DNA of 64,000 nucleotides from Bugula neritina (lineage: Eukaryota; Animalia; Bryozoa), in contig OZ037765.1 in the NCBI GenBank assembly GCA_964035545.1, positions 7,078,698 through 7,142,697 on the forward strand, written 5' to 3'. The number at the start of each line of letters is the position of its first letter. Within the stretch, counting starts at the first letter, position 1. Shown here piece by piece: positions 33,301 through 42,500 of this stretch. The translations under genes were made by a program, and so were the position numbers. The notes under the pieces were generated by a model. It did no database searches. It was given only the letters and a program-made list of their open reading frames with translations, and was not told the DNA's origin.

Positions 33301-35334
33301 CAATCCACGCCTGTTCCGGCCAATGAGAGGGCAGAATCTAAAGCGACTGCTAAAGGGGTAAACAAAGCTACAGCTAAATGTCGTATAGCACCCATAAAAC
33401 AACAACTCAAGATTCCTCAACTAGAACTCAATGCGGCCGTATGGTCAAAGAGAGGCAGACAAGTTATTAAGACTGAAATGCGCTATGAGTTTGAGAAAGT
33501 TTATCAGCTTATCAATTCTAAAACGGTGCTCAAGATGTTCCAAAAGAAGTCAACAAGGTTTCATGTTTACGAAGGTGTACGCATTGGAGAAATTCAGGGA
33601 GCAACCAATGGGGATATGAGCTGCTGGCACTGGGTAAGTGGCAAGGAAAACACAGCAGATTGGCTTACAAGAGGGAAGCCTGTCAATGACATTGGACCTG
33701 AGAGTGAATGGTGGAGAGGCCCAAATTTTCTCTATCTGCCTGAGGATCAATGGGATATAAAATCGCCATCTGACTCGAATGAGCTTGTCTTTGGAGAGAA
33801 GAAAATAGTTTACACCGTCACTGCATCAACAGAAGTCCAATCATTTATTAAATATGAAAATTTCAGCAGCCTCAAGAGTCTAACATGGACAATAGCTCGA
33901 GTTTGCAACATCTTCAAATACAAAAGTTTTAAGGGAATCCAATCTGATCTCATCACCGTGGAAGATCTACGGCAGACCAAACTCTACTTACTGAAGCAGG
34001 TACAACGCACTATAGATTCTGAGTTGAGCAAGATTAAAGAGAAATACACAAGGCTTCACCCCATTAAGACAGAGAGTGAAGTATGGATAGTAGGCAGTAG
34101 ACTCCTAAGGCATAACCCCATGACAGCGATTAAAACGCACACGCAATCAATCTTTCCCACCTCTCACTACTTTACTTACTTGGCAATGCGGCAGGCACAC
34201 ATAAACAGCTATCACCGTGGCCGAGATGCAACACTCGCAAGATTCCGAGAAGAGTTTTGGACTATGCAAGGATCTAAGGTTGCTAGGGGCATAGTAACAT
34301 CATGCCAAATGTGTCGACTCAAACAACCTCGCTTTACTGATCAACTGATGGGAAGTCTTCCTACAGAACGACTAACGACCGGACCGCCATTCAACAATGT
34401 AATGATAGATCTTTTTGGTCCGTATATTGTGAGAGGAGAAAAACAGACTAGAACTTCGAGCAAAGCTTATGAAGTAATATTCACAGACATCAGTTCACGA
34501 GCAGCACACATCGAAGCAGTTTTCGGATATGACAGTGATTCTTTCCTGTTGGCATTAACTCGATTCGTCAACATTCGTGGCTGGCCATCCAAGATTTATT
34601 CTGATCCTGGAACACAGTTAGCTGGAGCAGAAAAAGAACTCAAAGATATGTGGAGACGCATGGACAAAGATTCTATCAAGAAAACCAGTGCAGAAAATGG
34701 GTTGCAATGGGAATTTGGACCTGGTGACAGCCCCTGGTATCAGGGCGCTGCTGAATCACTCATAAAGGCTGTCAAGAGATGTTTCACATTTTCAAAGAGC
34801 AACCGCCGGCTTTCACCTACAGAATTTCTCACAATCTGCACTGAAGCTGCAAACACACTAAATGAAAGGCCATTGGGATTACTGCCAGATTCAGACTCTG
34901 AGATCAACATATTAACACCTAACTGTCAACTTATTGGACGACCCTTCATCAAGAATCCTGGCAACTGGAATACAGACTACTCCTTAAGGGGGCGACTGGC
35001 TTTGGTAAATACAGTCTCAGATGACTTCTGGCGGAAGTGGACCGAATTGTATGCACCCACACTGATTCATCACCAAAAGTGGCATACCCCAAGACGAAAC
35101 TTTCAGGTGGGAGATGTTGTAGTGGTTATGGATCCAAATCAGCTGCGTAATCAGTATAAACTAGCTCGAGTACATCAAGTATATCCGAGCAAGGATGGCG
35201 TAGTAAGAAAAGTAGCCTTTTCCTACAAAAACTATAAGGTAGCAGGGAAACTGAGGGACTATGTAGGCTGTAAAGACAATATCATAACCCGCAGCGTGCA
35301 TAGGTTGGCTTTATTAACTGAAGTGAACCCATAA
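30310..35334 (+). CDS. BEL/Pao polyprotein: Gag (three Cys/His knuckles), aspartic protease, truncated RNase H, integrase; no reverse transcriptase
   Basis: First ATG at 30310, in frame with the tracked ORF. Gag PFNG...WPEF; knuckles CFIH..H...C, CARCLGAH...C, CSVC...HHVLLC; protease FFDGGSNASFI and DLLIGND; RNase H C-part AKCRIAP...IPQLELNAA and W.WVSGKENTADWLTRG; integrase H..H/CQMC, IDLFGP, YSDPGTQL, AAESLIK; C-terminal FWRKW...VGDVV. No YxDD-containing RT segment between protease and RNase H. Confidence 0.93.
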   Translation: MDRQDIVNLKKQRTTLRSKVTMLTNLIESAISSSNSTQVECLRSQLESTYQEFLTIHYDFLEYVSSDESMEDIAYVNKMSPVEYYQTVKASYDKAISDCNTWHSKFYKIKHSLILAIKKANGLVTDCTDNTLITEHHRKCVALSESLADTIGFSDLLLELDEVILSLDYCMSKFTLMSKAQSQNMNFEHRESDPSVVRSGLAESGVGGESPSDGASHAPTMVASSRLFSSRSHPSTHEATLAPNPGVTASGSDRQVLWEDHTSGEALASNPGVIASTNVRDVRSSTFSVRDLHGSTDRAAHSEFLIRGATSSVVNAYDSYPNGTSQISYDSRHTGGNNFNSSIHKTHSQPNPFNGTRYHWPEFRSVWLRYATMFYDDVDRACELKKFLTGEALEMVQPIFATQPQAYERMMCRLEEVYNDPSMSVQAVFNNLQELKPVKEGDARELVKMANAVESSYSQLGEVGLLQTVMLPQVDTLANLLPTSIRRDWDRHFHILTHEERIKPFPHLMRFLEQERQIALRRIETVNPQSSSMHKQKVKAFHTESSGPKSSSNRSTNNSKTIDSENYCFIHRSERHCLVECRNFLALSVDERYKLIKTNSLCARCLGAHKPKCCPNFRTPCSVCDKTTHHVLLCIKSAETNTHTNCNTNKNKARADQIKHKSNENSEASAVSTTVRVSPNHGAHNHPGNATVFAIQQAQVVGTSHTAIIFFDGGSNASFISERAAKAWGARQIDKVNLEMNTLGEHEVSETSTIYEVKLQTPKGRTFSILAYSLRKLTGAINRPLDANILKSLFPKVDTHKLLKKTGPIDLLIGNDLLGLHPKHQVDQAGPHLYVYSGPFGLCVQGSHPTLSNFSTLPSSSFHVQATMAHEKLEEVEFTQSIHNDTLNSCDFELSTVSTPTYSVNSPDASPSQFAKSFSRPQTIINYGESHTIATECGMIESADDSDPLQSPGDPDTESAGQIGSGQLNRSLEVNDSMSMSVEIKRKYEFTSSTSITQSTPVPANERAESKATAKGVNKATAKCRIAPIKQQLKIPQLELNAAVWSKRGRQVIKTEMRYEFEKVYQLINSKTVLKMFQKKSTRFHVYEGVRIGEIQGATNGDMSCWHWVSGKENTADWLTRGKPVNDIGPESEWWRGPNFLYLPEDQWDIKSPSDSNELVFGEKKIVYTVTASTEVQSFIKYENFSSLKSLTWTIARVCNIFKYKSFKGIQSDLITVEDLRQTKLYLLKQVQRTIDSELSKIKEKYTRLHPIKTESEVWIVGSRLLRHNPMTAIKTHTQSIFPTSHYFTYLAMRQAHINSYHRGRDATLARFREEFWTMQGSKVARGIVTSCQMCRLKQPRFTDQLMGSLPTERLTTGPPFNNVMIDLFGPYIVRGEKQTRTSSKAYEVIFTDISSRAAHIEAVFGYDSDSFLLALTRFVNIRGWPSKIYSDPGTQLAGAEKELKDMWRRMDKDSIKKTSAENGLQWEFGPGDSPWYQGAAESLIKAVKRCFTFSKSNRRLSPTEFLTICTEAANTLNERPLGLLPDSDSEINILTPNCQLIGRPFIKNPGNWNTDYSLRGRLALVNTVSDDFWRKWTELYAPTLIHHQKWHTPRRNFQVGDVVVVMDPNQLRNQYKLARVHQVYPSKDGVVRKVAFSYKNYKVAGKLRDYVGCKDNIITRSVHRLALLTEVNP

Positions 35335-35563
35335 ATGACTGATCTACCTTCTTGGCCGCGTGTACGCTCGTGTCGCTGGAGGGGTCTGCATTCAACCATT
35401 TTTCGGGGGACGGGCTGGTGCGCGGAGGGGTCAGCGGATTGGTGCAAGAATTTCATGGTCTGTGACTGATCCTATTTTGTTTTGTTTGTTTTGTTTGTTT
35501 TGATTTACATAATTTATCAATATTTGTCAGAATAGTATCTGCCAAACAATTCGACCCCACCGA

Positions 35564-36014
35564 TGTATTGGTATGCCACCCAGAAGTATTGGCAGGCAGC
35601 CAATCATTAAAGCTTTCAAGCTTCAAAAGCTTTCACCAAAGCTACTATTAGCTGGCAGAGCTAGTTCATTCACTGTACTGCATGAGTCAGTGTATCATGA
35701 TCAAACCGCCATATTTACACTCTTTGTATGAATAAACTATCGGTTTCGGTATTGTGATGGCTAAGATTTTTATCCACGCATCAATATTGTAAGTTTATTA
35801 GAATTACAATAGTTCATGTCAATTTTTTGGTTCTGTAATATTCATAGTGTTCCTCTGAATTTTGATTTATATTGTGACTACTTATTTATACAATTTCTAA
35901 TGTTTCCCATTTTATAGGGTACGATTTGACAGTTAATAAACTCGAAAACCTGTTGCCAAGTTGGCTAGTAGTTAAAGCATATCTTGCAACCAGACACAAA
36001 CACAAACCGATACA
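35564..36014 (+). repeat. 3' LTR (451 bp); intron copy at 35789-35917
   Basis: Direct repeat of 29836-30286, followed by TSD ACTAT. Confidence 0.97.
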
Positions 36015-36589
36015 ACTATGTATTCTGTGCATTACTCCTAGGACAGTCTCTGTACTGCTAATAACTTCATTAAAGCAGTTTGCAAACTTACCTTTCCACT
36101 GGTTTCCTTCGATGTAAATGTGTCCATTAGGTGAATGAAAAATCCATTCGCATGAATCATGGAAATGTAGTGATTATGTGGATTTTTCATTGATGTTTGG
36201 TAACAGTTGCATCGAATAAGACCTGCAACCACAAATTCTTTCATATGGGCTGAGCATCCATTCCAAAGTAATGGAAACGAAGTAATGTAATGGAAATGCA
36301 GTGATAAAATTTCAACATTTCAATAAATGTTTATTTCAATATACATATTTTTATTTCAATATATTTTTATTTAAATTTTTCAAAGCATCTTCTGGTATCT
36401 TCTAAAATTCTCACTAATTATTTTGTAAACATCACAACCATTTGTTTTATCTGTATTCGTATTAATCTGAATATATTTGCTTACATCTTCCCATCAGGGT
36501 GGTAGATGTAAACATGTGTATGTTATACATATAGAATAGACATATTAGAGTAGAGTATATGACCGAGATAGTCCTTATGCTTGTTGCAG

Positions 36590-39500
36590 GACCCTAGTGT
36601 GTTCATACTACCAGAAGTAGCGGAGGAATCCTCAGAGATAGACAATAACAATAGCTGTGGCAAAGAGTTCAGAGGTCGACTTGGCTCTGGAAGCCTCAAG
36701 AGTCTGTTCAAGAGAATTAAGAGCAAGTCTGGAGACGGCCAGTCCTCCAGTGCTACGACCAACACCACCACTCCTGCAGCTAATGGTGACATAACCTCAG
36801 AGAAGAATACCAAAGGTTTGAAAGCTTTCTTTCGACCACGAAGTCAGTCTGACGCTGTTGCAGTGAGGAACGCGATGCTGCGACGGAGGCATATCAGCAC
36901 AGGGGGCGCTGGTAGTCTAGGCTCTCAGATGGTGGCCACACCTGCAGACGTGTTGAACAACAACCATGCTCCGGTTCAGAGAAGTCGGTCTACGTCGTGG
37001 GGTGCTAAAGAGAAGCTGGCCATGAGTAAACAGATGAGGATATCTGGCAGTCCGGGAACTAGCGCTGTCACACCTATGAGTCAGCTACTAAGTGGTGGTG
37101 GTCTTCCGATTAACAGAAAAGTTGAAAGGGTGAGGGTTTGATGTTTATCATTCTGAAAATCTTAGGCTCGCTATTATTGCTCTGTGAATTTTTTGCAGTT
37201 TCTCGTGGAGTTGTAGTATTTACTGGTTATTTAGAGGTGGAATTGACTTGAATCTGAAATGAATTAAAATAGAACTGTAATCTCTGTGCAACTTTCATGA
37301 ATTTTAGAAAGAAAGAATAAGATCCCGGTCTTTAGCTTACAATTCGTTGGTAGGTCAATAAGGAGCTAGTAATTTAATGATGTGCTTACTTATTACTTAC
37401 TCTGTGGCTAAGCATGGCAAACTGTGGTCATGGTAAACATTAGCGCTGTTACATTTCCTGGCATTGGTTTATTATGGCTTTAGGTTATTGGGAGGTTACT
37501 TCTCTGGCCACTGCATTCTTACTTGTCTTAACTTATTAAACCTTTCTGCTGCTTGCTCTATTGACAGCGTACATTCTTCTGGCATGTTCTCTATTGCTAA
37601 ACTAACATGCGCCGTTTCAGGTTAAAATGATGGATTTAGAATGGCAACCAATGCCTTCTATGTCACCTCCGAAGGTAAAACATTCAAGTGATGTATCTAG
37701 TACCAGTATACCTACGGCTGTGTTATGTGAAGTTTAACAACCTTTCACATTTGGTGTTGGTTATGCAGTGTGCGCAAGTTGACCATACCAGCACCTCAAT
37801 GCCTTCACTTTCGATGCATCACCTCCACCTCGGCGCTGCATCTAACCTTCACCTCAGAGTACCTGCTCTCACCTTCCCAATACCTTCACCACTCAAAGCT
37901 CGGACTTAGTTACACTCTGCATGCAATCAGTTGCACAAGTAAACTTCAAAAGCTCAGTGTCTGTATACTGGACACCCTTCAGTGCCCATAACGTAATAGC
38001 TTCTTCTCTCATGTGTCACACTTCCTCTGCAGTCTACATGAAGCTAACTCATTCAGCATCTTTTTACTTCATGACGTGGTCAAAAGTCACTGGTGATAAA
38101 CAATGACTATTATATTATTATTATGGTAACCACAACTGCAGAGATTTTGTCAGTGTTGCAACACTCTATGTTTTGCAATGCCAATGTTTACTTGATGCTT
38201 AATAGTACGACTCTTGGATTCTTTGTTCTTCTGACTATTTGGTTTGGCATTGTTCCAGTTTCGTAGTCGCTGGTTATTATAAGTAATAAGTAATATGATT
38301 GTTATTGATTGATTGAAAGGTTAGTAGATTTATTAATGCGAGTAGACTAGCCTTTATGTGGAAGTTTGCCTACAGTCTATCTACCAGCCAGCCGCCTATC
38401 TTGGCAATATGCCATGCTTTTACACCCTCGTACATCTTTAAGTTAGGACAAAGGTGAAAGTAAAACAGTACAATAATAACCTTGCTATATGGCACAGCAT
38501 TCAGAAAGAAATATTATTATGCTTTCTCAGTCGCATCTTGCAATCAATCGCAATTCATCTATATGATAGCTGCCATCGCTGCCGCTAACAGCAATGTTCT
38601 AGCGTCATTCTGTGATTCATTGTTAGTGAAAATCCTCCTCGTTGTAATAGTTGACGTAGCTATATGTCTTGTACCAGTACATACCCTTAAACTTACTCAT
38701 TCACTGTTTACATCTTCATATTCTGACTGCACACGCCTCCAAGCTTACTCCTAATATACTTGAATTCAGCAAATGCCGCAATATGAAACAACATGGCCGT
38801 TTCACTACCTCGTTTGGGATCTGAGTTGTTTTTGGTTTGCAAGTTTGCTGGTAGTCATAGTAAACCGTGTTCACTGCTGCTAAAAATCTTTTTAATGGGT
38901 GGTTGTAGTAGTGGTCTGTGGAAAATATATATATTTGTTGGTGGCTGTTGTACCAGTGATGTATTTTTGTAGAGTCCAGCAGGCAGCTTTGACAACCAGT
39001 TTACAGGGAAAGGTAAGAATCATAATATACTACTTTAAACACTCCTATCTTTATTATTCGCTCAACTTTTCATAGTTTCCAATATTTTCTTCAATATTTT
39101 TATTGTTACTTAGTGGTTTGAATTCAAATGTTCTATTTAATTTTTTTAGGATACCCAAAATCTCATGTTTCATTTAAAATTTGAAGTTTTTAAAATTTCT
39201 GTGTACATCTATTATAGGATACAAAGATGATATCAAATATTTTAATTTGATTTTGACCAAGTAAAACCTACAATTGAGTAGAATATTGAAGTTCATTTTT
39301 CAATTAATTATATGTGCTACTTTGTTTACTTTATTTGTGCAAACACTTCCCAAGACGTGCCACGAGGATGATTTCACTAAGTATTTTGATTTATTTTCTT
39401 CAACATACTTGCATACTTATGGCTGGGGAAGCTGTTAGCTGGGCATGAATATTTATTTTTGGTTACAACTTAACTGCCTGTATTAGAAACTTGTTATCAT

Positions 39501-42500
39501 ATACGTAATGTACTTCCTTATCAAGTAGTTTTCAACGCCCACACGATGTCTATTCTTGTTTTGGGCCTATTGCAGCATTTATCTGGCAAAGAGCTGCGTC
39601 AATCGATGATCCTTCCAGGAGACAGGTTAGTAGATATGCTTGTTGGTCATTTTACTTAATTTAGTACACACTATATATCGCTAGTTTTTAGCTATTTTTC
39701 ACAGTTTTGCCGCTAATGTATATTATATATAGTTTCTTGCATTAAACTGATAAAATATTAACAAATACAACTGAATAAGCCAGGTTTTTTCTAGTTTTGT
39801 TTGATTTTCTATGTTTTATCCTAATTTTTCAGTAAATTTGGGTGTGTGGGCGTGATGGAAAAAGCATCCATTCCGCACACTCAAATGTGGACTAAATTGA
39901 TAGTTTTCTCGATAAATCTGGAACTGTCAACTGAGTCCACAGTTCCCATTGGCAGTTGTAGTGCCAACCCTACTTAGAAGTTTAGTTTAGACCTTGGCAA
40001 CCCTCCCTTTACAGGCATGAGGATGTTTCCAGATTTTTGGAATACTAAAAAAATTACCAATAAATAATTTCTAATATTGTGCAATAAATATTTTATGGGC
40101 AAATACTTGGTAATCTGAAAGTTGAAGACATCATTGTATTTACCAGCTGGTGCACTGATAAATCATTGAAGTCAAATCAATGATGTTGGCTAGCAATTGA
40201 AATGTCAAGTAATTAAATCAATATTTTCTATAGCATACATTTTTACAAAGGCTGATTTCATAGTGTACTTTTATGAATATTGAACAAGAATGAAAGACTG
40301 GTTGGCAATTTTTGCATTAGTGCCATAAATTTATTAAGTAGGATCCAAAATAATTCACCATAAATGCAAATGTATAAATCCAGTTGAACTTGGATTTGGC
40401 AAAGTGTTCATTTATTGATAGCTTTAAGGTTTACTAATGGTTGATATTTACAGTATGTTTTTGCACCAGAAATTATCATAATCTGTCATTTGCCCTGAAA
40501 AGCACACAAAACATAATTTAGAAAATCTAATAGCAACTGAATAATCTACATGATAAATTATTTTAAGCATGTCTAAGCATCTTGCATCATCATGAGGTAA
40601 AATTTGCCTCCTCCAAACAAGAACTGGGCTAAAGAATGCCCTTAAAATTTGTGAAATTATTTTACAGATTTTGCGGATATGAGTTTTAATATGGTTAGTA
40701 ATGAAAGGCTATTGATACTGTGTAGTCACTGCTTCCAGTAGTCGCTGTGAACAGCACTGCCTGCAGTAGTCACTGCTTGCAGTAGTCACTGCCTGCAGTA
40801 GTCACTGCTTCCAGTAGTCGCTGTGAACAGCACTGCCTGCAGTAGTCACTGCTTGCAGTAGTCACTGCCTGCAGTAGTCACTGCTTCCAGTAGTCGCTGT
40901 GAACAGCACTGCCTGCAGTAGTCACTGCTTGCAGTAGTCACTGCTTGCAGTAGTCGCTGCTTCCAGTAGTTGCTGTGAACAGCACTGCTTGCAGTAGTCA
41001 CTGATTGCAGTAGTCACTGCTTGCAGTAGTCACTGCCTGCAGTAGTCACTGCCTGCAGTAGTCACTGCTTGCAGTAGTCGCTGTGAACAGCACTGCCTGC
41101 AGTGTCACTGCCTGCAGTATCACTGCTTGCATTAGTCACTGCCTGCAGTAGTCACTGCCTGCAGTAGTCACTGATTACAGCAGTCACTGCTTGCAGTAGT
41201 CACTATTGATGGTGTATCATCTTGAGAATAGATTATGTTAAGAGAAACACTGTGCAGCCCCACCACATCAGTAAGCTGCTTCCTTCATTAAAATATCAAG
41301 TGTTTTCCTGAAGAGCAATCTGCATTTGCATTTGGCTCTCAACATTAGCTTGTCAACCAAGGGATGGCAAGAGAGACTGCAAAGACCTGTTGTTTAGGTT
41401 TAAACAGGAAATGTGCACTTTGTGACACTTGGGCCACAGTTCAAAGCTATATATAGATAAGCTGAAGGCTCAGCTTATAATCCGTGTATTTACATCTGTG
41501 ATGTGGAATTAAGATCTGCTTTACTTGAGATAATGTCTTACTGCCTTAACCATTAGTATTGCAATCTTCATTTATGTTTGTCCTATAAGAGATTTTTATA
41601 GCCTATGGGACCAGAAAGACTGTAGCCATTGGGTCTCGAATGTGCTATTTACACTAAAACAGAGAGGGTCAACAATTTCATTCAATAAATTTTCCCATTT
41701 TCCCAACAATTTATTTCATTATAACAAACTTACACAACATTAACAAGCTGTTATTTTTTTAGCCGTTAGTAATGTTTAAAACTGCTAGCTAAGTTAGAAA
41801 TTAAAACAGTTTATTTAAGTAGTTTTGCAATTTTTATGAGCAGCATTATTTGCTAAAGCAAAATTCGTAATCATAGGTGGCTCAACCTACCAACTCTAAA
41901 ACCAGAAGGGCTCAGTTTGTAAATAATAAGGTTTGTCTCCCCTGTTTTAATGTTTCGTGTGCATGCAGAATAACAAAGCTTAAATTTTCTTCACTGGACA
42001 TAAGCAGATGGTTGCACTGTTATTGGTTTTATTGTTGGGAACATGTAATCGTACACTATTTTTCTACTTTGTTTGTCATTCTATTTTTGCTACAATTTCA
42101 TCATAGAGGAGTGTGCACAGCTGAATGCTTTACTTTTTGTGGCTAAAAACTCACATCTCTTATGTTGTGTTGCGTTTGTTAAGTTTTGCTGATGCACGCA
42201 ATATTTGGCCAAAGCTCTTATCTTTAAGCACTTCTATTGATGAGGAAATCCTAATTAACTGTGATAATATTCTGGTGAAATTGTGACTAATGATATGTTC
42301 ACTTGCCAAAACTCACTGCTGTGTAGCATTTGGTTTTTTTGTGGTTTTCTGTTGCAAAATTTGCAAGTGTTTGGTTTCTTGACCTAATAATATACCACTG
42401 AATCTTAGCTGCTAGTGGGTAGTATTTTGTATGTTTAGGGCGCAATTATAAATTTAAAGCAAAACCGTGTATAATTTTATAATTTTGTGTTTAATCAAAT

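Larger units (their letters stand above)
29836..36014 (+). mobile_element. BEL/Pao LTR retrotransposon, recently inserted, non-autonomous (RT-deleted)
   Basis: 451-bp LTRs at 29836-30286 and 35564-36014 (TGTAT...ATACA), with no difference seen by eye. 5-bp TSD ACTAT at 29831-29835 and 36015-36019. Internal Gag-PR-(RH remnant)-IN ORF in BEL/Pao order. Confidence 0.97.

Noticed and set aside
30911-35456. Short overlapping and antisense ORFs within the retrotransposon (possible env or displaced RT)
   Set aside because: All are about 60-110 aa, with no RT, env or other recognisable motifs.
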